From a virus (lineage: Duplodnaviria > Caudoviricetes): 25,552 bases of DNA. Made by a program: the position numbers and the translations under genes. The notes below the pieces were generated by a model. That model made no database searches and was not told where the DNA came from. It saw nothing but the letters and a program-made list of their open reading frames with translations. Location: the IMG/VR virus record IMGVR_UViG_3300020045_000602, positions 1-25,552 of that record. One strand, written 5' to 3'. This document shows positions 7,983 through 16,358 of this stretch, one piece after another; position 1 is the stretch's first letter; each line of letters begins with the position of its first letter.

Positions 7983-8902
7983 GTTAATCCTTCAAGTGAC
8001 AGGGTACAAACAGACACAAGTTTGTATGTAATATTGATTGAAAATTCTTTGTAATAGCCGTAGACGATAGATGAAGCATAATCATCAGAGCCGATATAGA
8101 CACAAGGCGTGGCACGATAGCCGGATAGCAGGATTTGTGTTTGGTCTACCAGCGTGTTAGGTATCCACAAAGTCATATCGGAGTTACGACTAAATGCACG
8201 CTCCAATATGGTGAAGTTGCCAAAGTCATCAACCTGTTTAACCGAGTAATCAGTGATGCCTAAATTCATGCCGTATTGGGTATCACCAATCTCTTTACTC
8301 AGGCCAAATATCAAAGCGCCACATAATGCTTGATTGCCAGTATCAGTAATAATCGTTTGGATGCTCAGGTTTGCATAAGGCGGGATGTCAGTAACAGAAA
8401 AGTCCTGTAAACGCACAATAGGCTCAAAAAAGTAAGCATACCAATCAGTGATGCCGCTATCTGATACCAATGAGTAAGTCTGATCGTAAACAACTCCATC
8501 AATCGCGTCAGTAGCGATATACTGAATAGTCGCGCCTGATACATTCAGTGCAATAGCTGAATCGCAGCGCCCTGTAGCAATTATCGTAGTATCAATCGTG
8601 TCAAGGTTTGAGGTCTGTGTATTTACATAGCCATCAAACATCTTCCAGCGGTTATCCTCACCCAATAACAGCCAGTAAACAGGCGGTATATCTGGATTGC
8701 CTTGCACATCATCTAGCGGGTCGTTACCTAAGTTCCCAGCCTGCAATGATTCATATACTCGGTGAATATTATCGGCAATGAGGATTACTGTATCTCCTAA
8801 GCCATAAGTAACAGCCACTTCATATAGCGGGTATTCTGTTTCAGGTACATTGCTTGATACCAGGTTGCTATCGTCAATGGTAATCGGGCGAATTATCTTC
8901 AT
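7979..8902 (-). CDS. Tail-tip structural protein (distal tail/baseplate-like)
   Basis: 307 aa, acidic and beta-rich, directly after the tape measure with ATGA coupling. Confidence 0.7.
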   Translation of the reverse strand: MKIIRPITIDDSNLVSSNVPETEYPLYEVAVTYGLGDTVILIADNIHRVYESLQAGNLGNDPLDDVQGNPDIPPVYWLLLGEDNRWKMFDGYVNTQTSNLDTIDTTIIATGRCDSAIALNVSGATIQYIATDAIDGVVYDQTYSLVSDSGITDWYAYFFEPIVRLQDFSVTDIPPYANLSIQTIITDTGNQALCGALIFGLSKEIGDTQYGMNLGITDYSVKQVDDFGNFTILERAFSRNSDMTLWIPNTLVDQTQILLSGYRATPCVYIGSDDYASSIVYGYYKEFSINITYKLVSVCTLSLEGLT

Positions 8903-11900
8903 AGCACCCTCTCCGCTGGCAGGCCATCACCATTCCATCTCTGAACTATCTTGTTAATAGCTTGCAAGGTTTGCACTAGGGAAACATCAGCAGCTTGAGA
9001 TTCTTCACGTAATGATTTAATCTCTGCCACTACGTCAACACTGCCGTTAGCCATTGCTGTGCCATTAACATTAGTAATGCGGCCTGCTGCAAGGTTTGAT
9101 GTGTAGTCAGCAGCGAATTCAGCGCCGTATTTATTTGATACAGCGGCAAAGCGTTGTTGGTCTTGGAATGTCTTGAATCGCTCAGGCTGGTTAAGGCTTT
9201 CATATAATGAATCTACAGTTTCCTTGGTTGCGTTAAAGGCTTCTACCAGTGAAGGGAATACAGCAGCAAGGTCTAGTCCGGCCTTAGTCGTGAAGTCGAT
9301 GTTTTGGCCTAGCTTAACTAAGTCATCAATAGAGCCTGGCACTTCGATATTGAGGCCATCAAACATCTCTTCTAACTTAGCCTGAAGTATCGCTTGTTGT
9401 TTATCGTTTGACAGGAAGCCAAATATTGAATTTTCTACGCCACCCTTTAACTCGCTAAGTGAGCCTGTGTAAGCAATGAATTGGTCACGAATCTTGAGCA
9501 AGTCTGCAAACGATTCGATGCCGGCCTGTGTGGTCTTGTCGATATTCTTTAAAGCTAGGTCGAATGACTTAACAGAATCGGGCAGCGCAATACTTCCTAG
9601 CGATTCAGTGAAGCTATCCCTTGCCTTGATTAGTACATCACCTACGGTTAAGAATGAATTGCCAGTAGTCGCCAAGGTATTAACAAAAGCTATTAACTCG
9701 GCATTAGTGCTTGCTGATGCCTTTGCAACTTTAGCGGCTTGGTCAACTGTTATGTTCCAAGTTTCGTTTAAGCCTTTAGATGCCGCGTTAAGGTTAAGGC
9801 TGGCATTTATCAGGCTCGAGACTTGCGTTTTGTCTGTAAATCCGCTAAACAGGTCTCGGATGCCTTTTGACAGACTAGACCTTTGAATTGCCGAAACTAA
9901 AGTCTTACCCAATACCTCGGCTATGAGCTTGTCAAAGGTTGCCGATGTAGTTTTTGCTGAACCTTGAACGCCTGCTGCGACACGCACCCCGCCAAACGAT
10001 GCATCAAACAGGCCATAGCTTGCTTTGCGCTTCTGTATCAGACGATTGGAAGTTGTAATCGAGGTATCAATGCCAAAGCCCGAGAGGATGGTATTGAGTG
10101 ACTTGGAGAACGCGCCGCCCAAGCTGGTCAATGCTTCTTCTGCGCCTAACCTCTTGTAGTCGGTCTGGCCTTGTGTGGAAGTTAATGTGCCGTTGCTAAA
10201 ACTGGTGTTGATTGCGCTATCAAAGCGTGGCGCTTTCTTCTTGCCGAATAGTCCACCTATAGCACCGCCTATTGCGCCACCAATAAAACCACCTACTGGG
10301 CCGCCAAATATAGAACCAATAGCAACCCCTGCGCCTTGGAATGCAGCGCCCTTTAAATCGCCAGAAAGCAGCTTTAAGGCAGCTCCAGTGTATGGTAAGG
10401 CAGAAGATATTGCGCTTGAGTATTGCCCAATAGCGCCACCTAGCGTGTTAAAGCCTTTATCAACTAAAAATACGCCAGCTTTCTCAATGGTGGTCTGTAA
10501 TGCGCGATTGCTTAGGTCAAAGCCTTGTGTGATGGCCTTGACAATATTTGTACCTTGCTCGATTAGACCGCCGCCAGTAGTGCCAGCATTAGCCACACCA
10601 GAAGCAGCGCCTGTGATTGCGCCAATGACTTTAGTGATCCCCGAAGAATCTACGAGAAACTTAACAATAGGCTGCAATACAAGCGTTTTGAATGAGTTAA
10701 TCAGGCTATCGCGGAAGTTTTTAGCAAATGACTTACCATTCTCGAACCCACGGAATATTGCATCAGTCAGCGACTTACTAAAAGCCTCGGATGCTTTCTC
10801 CTGTTCTCTTGCAATGGTCTTGAGTGATTCTTTCTCAAGCTGCTCACGGTCTGCAATGCCTTTTTTGATTGCAGCAGTATTAGCCTCTGTGTCGAATGTC
10901 TTGCGTCTGGCTATTGCAAGCTCTTCATAAGCTTTAACTTGAGCGGCGATTAAATCAATGCCTTCCTGTGTGTATCCGTTTGACTTGGCAAACTCAAGGT
11001 TATATTCCAGTATTGAGCGAGTTTCGTTAATACGCGCTATTTCGCGGTCTTGAATGCCTTGTTTGCCCAATAACAACAAGTCAAGTTCATCCTGTGCAGT
11101 GCGAAGGCTATCGTTAGCAGTAGATACTAAATCTTCCACAGCGCGGCGTGATGCCTTTAATGCTTCACCGTAAGCATACTCAGCTTCTACGCCAGCCTTT
11201 TGAATGGCGAATTGCTCTTCCAGTACGCGCTTGCGTTCGTTTTCAATATCACTTAATGCTTTGGTAGCGTCTTTAGATGTCTTTTTAGCGTCATTAGACT
11301 TGTAATATTGCTCAGTCAATACCTTAAGCTTGGCCTGCAATACATCGTTAGCTACGCCTTCATTCTGTGCGGCTTTGATAATCTCTTGAGCGCGTGAGGT
11401 GTATTCTTTTTGGATGTCAGCCGCGGTCTTTATTTTTTCTGTCAGCTCGGCAAAAGATGCAATGCGCTCTTTTTGCTTGATGACTTGCTGTGATTCGCCC
11501 TCGGCAGATATTCTACGCAGGCGGTTTGTTTCGCTAATCGCAATATTCAGCTTGCCAGTTAATTCGGCTTGTTTCTGCAACAGGTCATTGCTAGCTTTGC
11601 CATTATTGATGAAGGCGCTGAAATTAATATCTTTTTGTACTTGGTTAAGCTCTTTAACGCGCTTAGTGACTTCTGCTGTAGCTTCTGCAAAATTGCGCTG
11701 ATTCTTTTCAGCCAAAAGTGTGCCAGTGGTCTTACTGCCAAAGTCCTGCCTTTTAACATTGGCTAGCTCATATTCTTTATCAATCAGCTTTTGTAGATCG
11801 GTTCTGCCATCCTTACTAAGTTTTGCATAAGCAACGCCTAATGCCGTAACACCAGTAATTGCAAGCAATACAGGCGCACCAAGCGCAGCAACAACGCCAG

Positions 11901-12882
11901 CAAGCGCAGTAACGCCAGCAATGATAGAGGGTGTAGCAATGGCAGCAGCAGCAATCGCAAGCCCCCCAAGGATAGGTACAAGTATGTCAGCATTCCGAGC
12001 TAACCCACTAATGGCAGAAGCAAGGGCAGAGCTGATGCCAGTAGCTTTGTCAAATTCACCAATAGCAATGGTAAGTTCGTTTTTTAGTCCAGTGAATGAG
12101 CTGGAAAGGGTGACTACTTCTTTAGCCTGTTTGCGTAAACTTTCAAGCAAGGCAGGGTCTTTAAACGCATTAGCCAATACATCGCTTGTGAGCTTGCCAT
12201 TACTTGCCATTTCACGCAAAGCACCAACAGGAACCTTTAGCGATTCAGCAAGGGCGCGAAGCAATCCAGGTGCGGCTTCATTGACTGCGTTAAATTCTTC
12301 ACCACGCAATACGCCAGAGCCGAAAGCCTGTGATAGTTGAAGCATGGCACTGGCTGATTCTGCCGCACCAGCACCTGAAACCTTTAGGCTTAATGCAACA
12401 GTTTCGCTAATGTCTGCGACTTGCCTTTGCGTAGCGCCCAAGTCACGTAATGAGTTATTGAGACGCGCATATAAAGTGCCTACGCCTGCAATGTCACTTT
12501 GTGATGTACGGGCAATGCGAATGGAGTTTTGATAAGCCTCTGCAAACTCTTGCTGTGAGCGTGTAGCGAGTTTTAGCTGTGCGGTGAACTTGGTGTATTG
12601 GTCTGCAATTCTGCCTATACCAACAGCGCCTTGAATGCTTACGAATGCAGCAATAGTGGCTTTTAATGATGTGGCTAGACCTTCTGTCTCTTTAGCGGCT
12701 TTCTTGGTTGAATCGGCATACTTGTCTACCTTGCCAGCAGCAGCAGCACTGCCATCGCCTACGCCTTTTAATGACTGTTCTGTTTTGCCGCCTTGAGCCG
12801 ATAGGTCAGCGAGTGAGCGTTTAGCTTTCTCTACCTGTCCTGTCTCAACTCGTATTCCGAGCGATGCAATATCATCAGCCAT
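8899..12882 (-). CDS. Tail tape measure protein
   Basis: 1327 aa, Ala-rich and helical. QLSQAFGSGVLRGEEFNAVNE motif. Hydrophobic Gly-rich segments. Follows the chaperone pair. Confidence 0.96.
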   Translation of the reverse strand: MADDIASLGIRVETGQVEKAKRSLADLSAQGGKTEQSLKGVGDGSAAAAGKVDKYADSTKKAAKETEGLATSLKATIAAFVSIQGAVGIGRIADQYTKFTAQLKLATRSQQEFAEAYQNSIRIARTSQSDIAGVGTLYARLNNSLRDLGATQRQVADISETVALSLKVSGAGAAESASAMLQLSQAFGSGVLRGEEFNAVNEAAPGLLRALAESLKVPVGALREMASNGKLTSDVLANAFKDPALLESLRKQAKEVVTLSSSFTGLKNELTIAIGEFDKATGISSALASAISGLARNADILVPILGGLAIAAAAIATPSIIAGVTALAGVVAALGAPVLLAITGVTALGVAYAKLSKDGRTDLQKLIDKEYELANVKRQDFGSKTTGTLLAEKNQRNFAEATAEVTKRVKELNQVQKDINFSAFINNGKASNDLLQKQAELTGKLNIAISETNRLRRISAEGESQQVIKQKERIASFAELTEKIKTAADIQKEYTSRAQEIIKAAQNEGVANDVLQAKLKVLTEQYYKSNDAKKTSKDATKALSDIENERKRVLEEQFAIQKAGVEAEYAYGEALKASRRAVEDLVSTANDSLRTAQDELDLLLLGKQGIQDREIARINETRSILEYNLEFAKSNGYTQEGIDLIAAQVKAYEELAIARRKTFDTEANTAAIKKGIADREQLEKESLKTIAREQEKASEAFSKSLTDAIFRGFENGKSFAKNFRDSLINSFKTLVLQPIVKFLVDSSGITKVIGAITGAASGVANAGTTGGGLIEQGTNIVKAITQGFDLSNRALQTTIEKAGVFLVDKGFNTLGGAIGQYSSAISSALPYTGAALKLLSGDLKGAAFQGAGVAIGSIFGGPVGGFIGGAIGGAIGGLFGKKKAPRFDSAINTSFSNGTLTSTQGQTDYKRLGAEEALTSLGGAFSKSLNTILSGFGIDTSITTSNRLIQKRKASYGLFDASFGGVRVAAGVQGSAKTTSATFDKLIAEVLGKTLVSAIQRSSLSKGIRDLFSGFTDKTQVSSLINASLNLNAASKGLNETWNITVDQAAKVAKASASTNAELIAFVNTLATTGNSFLTVGDVLIKARDSFTESLGSIALPDSVKSFDLALKNIDKTTQAGIESFADLLKIRDQFIAYTGSLSELKGGVENSIFGFLSNDKQQAILQAKLEEMFDGLNIEVPGSIDDLVKLGQNIDFTTKAGLDLAAVFPSLVEAFNATKETVDSLYESLNQPERFKTFQDQQRFAAVSNKYGAEFAADYTSNLAAGRITNVNGTAMANGSVDVVAEIKSLREESQAADVSLVQTLQAINKIVQRWNGDGLPAERVL

Positions 12883-12893
12883 CTAATACTCCG

Positions 12894-13220
12894 TTATTTT
12901 GCTTTAGATTGCTGCAATCGAATTTCATCAAGCGCAGCACGTTCCATTATTTGTAGCTGATAAAACACTTCGTCACGTTCATCGTCAGGCGTTCTAGTCC
13001 TGTCCCAGACTTCACGCAAGGCGTTATAGTCCAGCCCTGTCACACCATTCATGCCAGTGCGCCATTGCGTGTTCATAGCGATAAATACAGAATAAGCCTG
13101 ATAATGCTCAGGCCAAATATCAATACTTCCAAGGTCATCCACGGTCATGCCAAACGCTTTAAGTTCGGCTGGCGTTGGTTCTGGCCTATACAGCGCCGTG
13201 GCGACCTTTTCTAGTTTTTT
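12894..13220 (-). CDS. Tail assembly chaperone, -1 frameshift extension (gpT-like, DUF1799-like)
   Basis: The frame is open from the slippery site (KLEKVATALYRPEPTPAELKAFG) into the track ORF 12894..13148. TQWRTGMNGVTGLDY motif. Confidence 0.85.
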   Translation of the reverse strand, partial: KKLEKVATALYRPEPTPAELKAFGMTVDDLGSIDIWPEHYQAYSVFIAMNTQWRTGMNGVTGLDYNALREVWDRTRTPDDERDEVFYQLQIMERAALDEIRLQQSKAK

Positions 13221-13585
13221 ACTCTGCCCTCAAGCAGTATTTTTGAATATGCCTCTGAAATGGCAGCAGGGGCAGCGGGGAACTCGTCAACCAGCTTGCC
13301 TACGTTGGTAGCATTGAACTTGTCAGTTAAGTCCCAGCCCTCAGCAACATCCATAATGAACTTGACAGATGCAGCATCCGATTTGCTAATGACTTGCAGC
13401 AAGGTTAAATCTTTATCGGCCTTCTCTTCTTTTGGCGTAAGAATAGGCTGGATAAACTTTGCATACTCGGTGCGGCTACGATACTTGAATGTAAATCCAA
13501 GCTCTTGCGGCTCACCATCAATCACTGGAATGAGTACGATTGCTTGAAAAGACTTAGGGGCTTGACCTAGCTGTAATTTAGGCAT
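13211..13585 (-). CDS. Tail assembly chaperone (gpG-like)
   Basis: Lies between tail tube and tape measure. FTFKYR and GWDL motifs. Ends RVKN on a slippery heptamer. Confidence 0.9.
   Translation of the reverse strand: MPKLQLGQAPKSFQAIVLIPVIDGEPQELGFTFKYRSRTEYAKFIQPILTPKEEKADKDLTLLQVISKSDAASVKFIMDVAEGWDLTDKFNATNVGKLVDEFPAAPAAISEAYSKILLEGRVKN
13214..13220 (-). other. Programmed -1 ribosomal frameshift site A AAA AAC
   Basis: GTA AAA AAC TAG fits X XXY YYZ in the correct phase, and the -1 frame joins the downstream ORF. Confidence 0.85.
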
Positions 13586-13607
13586 TTTGTTATATCCTTG
13601 TAGTTAT

Positions 13608-13640
13608 GAAAGAAAACCCATGAAGAATGACTTCATGGGG
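13608..13640 (-). terminator. Intrinsic terminator after the tail tube gene
   Basis: CCCATGAAG-TCATT-CTTCATGGG followed by TTTTCTTTC. Confidence 0.8.
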
Positions 13641-13662
13641 TGTTGTACTGACAACTAACCGA

Positions 13663-14400
13663 TTAGCTGGCGTATCTTGTTGGCACACCTGTCAATGCGA
13701 AGCTGGCATTAACTGTGGCGATAGAGCCTTTGGTTAATGTTGGCGTTTCATTAACAAACACATAGCCGTTGTAGTAGCTAGTTGAACCGTTAGGGAAGTA
13801 AGCCTTCAAGCCACGAATTGCTTTAGCTTTAGAGGCAGCCTTCAAAGCAACATAGCCAGCTAGTGATGCATCATCGCCAACTGTCATAGCCAAGCTCTGT
13901 GCAGATGAAGCGGTAGGGATTTGACTTGTAAAGTCATTTTCCAAGAATTGATATTCTGCATATTGAGGCTCACCGCCAGTAGTTGATACATCAGTCACTT
14001 GCAGGATTTGAGTGAAAGCAGTAACTTTGCGGACTGTGCCAGTACCAGTGCCAACAGGATAAAGCGTAGTGTTGGTAGTATCTTCACCTTCAAGCGAGAA
14101 GTTGTTAGTAGATACAGCAGAAACGCGAATCAATCGACCTGTGATGCCATTCCAGCCAGAAGTAACTTCAACGATGTCGCCATTGGACAAGCCGTGGGCA
14201 GCAGAGGTGACTACTGGAGGCGCTGCATTGGTAATCGAGGTAATAGGTAAAGATGATGCATAAGTTGTGGCAAGCGATAAAAGCACGCCGTCTGGGAGAT
14301 ATACGGCGTTAAGAACCATGCCAGAACTGTTCATGTGTGAAAACAAAGCATCATGTGCAATCAATGCCAAAGACTTTAAAAACGATTTAAACTTTTTCAT
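13663..14400 (-). CDS. Major tail tube protein (Phage_tail_3-like, with an inserted small beta domain)
   Basis: LPDG, ITSITNAAPPVVTSAAHGLSNGDIV and STTGGEPQY motifs. Start set at ATG 14400 (SD AAGGT). The track's 14451 start lies within a terminator. Confidence 0.88.
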   Translation of the reverse strand: MKKFKSFLKSLALIAHDALFSHMNSSGMVLNAVYLPDGVLLSLATTYASSLPITSITNAAPPVVTSAAHGLSNGDIVEVTSGWNGITGRLIRVSAVSTNNFSLEGEDTTNTTLYPVGTGTGTVRKVTAFTQILQVTDVSTTGGEPQYAEYQFLENDFTSQIPTASSAQSLAMTVGDDASLAGYVALKAASKAKAIRGLKAYFPNGSTSYYNGYVFVNETPTLTKGSIATVNASFALTGVPTRYAS

Positions 14401-14440
14401 GGTAAGTACCTTTATTAATAAAGCCGCGAGCGGCAGACAT

Positions 14441-14465
14441 AAAAAAACCACCGATTAAAGTGGCT
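14441..14465 (-). terminator. Intrinsic terminator-like hairpin (second of a tandem pair)
   Basis: AGCCACT-TTAATC-GGTGGTT then a T run. Confidence 0.65.
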
Positions 14466-14486
14466 ATTACTCGCCCTCGCGGGCAT

Positions 14487-14516
14487 AAAAAAACCGCCTG
14501 TATTATTAAGGCGGTT
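14487..14516 (-). terminator. Intrinsic terminator after the HNH gene
   Basis: AACCGCCT-loop-AGGCGGTT then a T run. Confidence 0.8.
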
Positions 14517-14533
14517 CGCTTATCTATTGGATG

Positions 14534-15046
14534 CTAAATTGTGCAGCCTTCGTGTAACTCTCTTTTCTTTAAAACATAAGCTGCATAAGCTAATTCAGGA
14601 GTTTCATATAATCCGATATGAACTGATTTTTTATTTACCTGTATCCTAGCTCTCCACTTTCCAGTTTCTGGATGGTAAAGAACTCCTAAGAACCCGCTTT
14701 TATTTCCAATGCGAGGGCGAATCATATTCTCAAGATTAACTCTTGAGCTAACGTCTCTAAGATTGCTAATCCTGTTGTTAGCTCTATTGCCATCTATATG
14801 GTCAATTTCTTCATTAGGCCAAATTCCATATACGTAGAACCAAGCCAGCCTGTGAGCCAGATGCCTAGAAGAATCTAATGCTACTCTGTGATAGCCTTTT
14901 AACCCGCCACCTGTAACAACAAAATCTGCTCTATCGCCAATTCTATGGCATTGTGCAGTTCTTATTTTTCTTGTAAATATTCCAGTATCTGGATTGTAAT
15001 CAATCGTTGCATGCAATCGTTCTTGCGTTAAAATAGCGACAGCCAT
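14534..15046 (-). CDS. HNH (HNH_3-type) endonuclease with a C-terminal AP2 DNA-binding domain
   Basis: AHRLAW, IDHIDGNRANNRISNLR, then NKSGFLGV, GKWRARI and HIGLYETPELAYAAY. SD AAGGAG. Confidence 0.93.
   Translation of the reverse strand: MAVAILTQERLHATIDYNPDTGIFTRKIRTAQCHRIGDRADFVVTGGGLKGYHRVALDSSRHLAHRLAWFYVYGIWPNEEIDHIDGNRANNRISNLRDVSSRVNLENMIRPRIGNKSGFLGVLYHPETGKWRARIQVNKKSVHIGLYETPELAYAAYVLKKRELHEGCTI
15007..15034 (+). promoter_or_regulatory. Antisense sigma70-type promoter inside the 5' end of the HNH gene
   Basis: TTGCAT (15007-15012), 16 bp, TAAAAT (15029-15034). Predicted start near 15041. Confidence 0.6.
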
Positions 15047-15112
15047 GATGACTCCTTAATAGTCGGTTGGTTAGAATCCGCAAAGTGTTGATAGCACCTT
15101 GCGGATTTGCTT
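15041..15112 (+). ncRNA. Putative SymR-like cis-antisense RNA to the HNH translation start
   Basis: AGCCAT (anti-ATG), hairpin GACT-CCTTAAT-AGTC over the anti-SD, GGTTGGTTAG linker, long hairpin AATCCGCAA..GTGTTGATAGCAC..TTGCGGATT. Confidence 0.6.
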
Positions 15113-15141
15113 ATTATAGCAGACCCTATTCCTCTTTATAA
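15113..15141 (-). promoter_or_regulatory. Extended -10 promoter for the HNH gene
   Basis: TGcTATAAT on the minus strand (15121-15113), with a weak -35 TTATAA 17 bp upstream of the -10. Confidence 0.6.
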
Positions 15142-15573
15142 CTAAACTTCTATAACATCACCATCTAGCTCAAGCGTATATCTGCCTTCTGCTATTGATG
15201 ACTGTGAACCTACGCCGTTAGCCTTGTAAGTGACTGCGGCAGTGAAATACTGAGTATATGAATCTGGGGATACGACTTTGAAGCTGTAACTGTCCATTGA
15301 ATCTACAGCCTCAGACAATAATGTTTGGCCTGCATCATCAATACGGTATAGCTCTAACTGTAGGTTGCTGGTTAATTCTCCAACTCGTTGCATGTAAGGC
15401 TTTTGGCCTATGGTGCGATTCTCTACAGTCTGATGCTGGAAGAAAATATCGCCTACACTACGCATTGCCCTGATTTGGGTAAATGTCAGTGTTTCAAATG
15501 TGGCTTGGTCGTAGTCAAGCGGCAACTCTTCACTAATAAATAATGCTGTGCCTGAGGATAAAATAGGTGTCAT
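15142..15573 (-). CDS. Second, short tail-tube-like protein
   Basis: SSGTALFIS, YDQATFETLTFTQI, DDAGQTLL and YSFKVVSPD..YF resemble compact siphophage tail tube proteins. Directly follows the tail terminator gene. Confidence 0.7.
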   Translation of the reverse strand: MTPILSSGTALFISEELPLDYDQATFETLTFTQIRAMRSVGDIFFQHQTVENRTIGQKPYMQRVGELTSNLQLELYRIDDAGQTLLSEAVDSMDSYSFKVVSPDSYTQYFTAAVTYKANGVGSQSSIAEGRYTLELDGDVIEV

Positions 15574-15968
15574 GCTTCTGCTCGATAGTTTCCAGATACA
15601 GGCAGGATAAATTTATCATCCTCTTGCCTTGCTGGTCTAACTCCCATAGGGGCTGTCATCCATATCCTTAATCCGTCTTGAGTAAACGATACTGGATAAA
15701 GCGCGTCTATCTCAGCAGCTAGGTCATTGGCTATCTTAGCTCCTGAGCTTATAGGGACATAAATAGAAACCTGATATACACCGCTATAGTCACGATTCAC
15801 ACCGTCAAGCGTCTGGCTTTGTGTCTGTGCTGGCAGGATGAATGACCGCAGATATGTACCGCTTGTATCTGTAAAGCCTACATTCTCGTAAGCAACAGCG
15901 AATCCCTTGGTCACAGCCCATGCCTTGAGGCGACTTTCAAATGCCTTGCGGATGGTTGACTGTGACAT
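15570..15968 (-). CDS. Tail terminator/completion protein (DUF4128-like)
   Basis: IRKAFESRL, VAYENVGF and GVYQVSIYVP motifs, plus position. Confidence 0.82.
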   Translation of the reverse strand: MSQSTIRKAFESRLKAWAVTKGFAVAYENVGFTDTSGTYLRSFILPAQTQSQTLDGVNRDYSGVYQVSIYVPISSGAKIANDLAAEIDALYPVSFTQDGLRIWMTAPMGVRPARQEDDKFILPVSGNYRAEA

Positions 15969-16358
15969 TTATATCGCTTTCTGAACAATAGATTTAAACT
16001 CGACTACAGTGATCCTCACCATGCCCAAAGGCGCTTGTCCTGAATATCCATCTTCAAGACGTTCAGCATAAGGCAGTGAGTTAGTCAGGAAGTATGCACC
16101 TGGTATCGGCTTGCCGTATATCTCAGCGTAAGCTCTAGCAACAGCACTTGCGCCGCTTGAATCGTAGCTTTTAGCATTGGTCGTGGTGCTATCGACTAGG
16201 TTGTAGCCTATCTGCCAGTTATTTCTAAATCTTCCAGTATCTACGGGGCTTTTTTCTATCAGCCGAGAATACACATCAAGCGTTACTTTTCTCACTACTG
16301 CATCAGCTTTGTCACCTGCTTTTTCAGCAAATCGCTGAAGGTCTAAAGCAAAGCTCAC
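15969..16358 (-). CDS. Neck protein, HK97 gp10-like
   Basis: SPVDTGRFRNNW and NSLPYAERLEDGYSGQAP motifs. Confidence 0.88.
   Translation of the reverse strand: MSFALDLQRFAEKAGDKADAVVRKVTLDVYSRLIEKSPVDTGRFRNNWQIGYNLVDSTTTNAKSYDSSGASAVARAYAEIYGKPIPGAYFLTNSLPYAERLEDGYSGQAPLGMVRITVVEFKSIVQKAI

Noticed and set aside
9173-12532. Long plus-strand ORFs opposite the tape measure (e.g. 10175..10930, 251 aa) and similar ones opposite coat, scaffold, portal and fiber genes
   Set aside because: Antisense shadows of codon-biased genes, with no SD or recognisable motifs.
14534-15141. RNA-guided nuclease (IscB/HEARO-type) or intron-encoded HNH
   Set aside because: No RuvC or PLMP motifs, the adjacent RNA is only about 70 nt and antisense, and neither flanking gene looks split.
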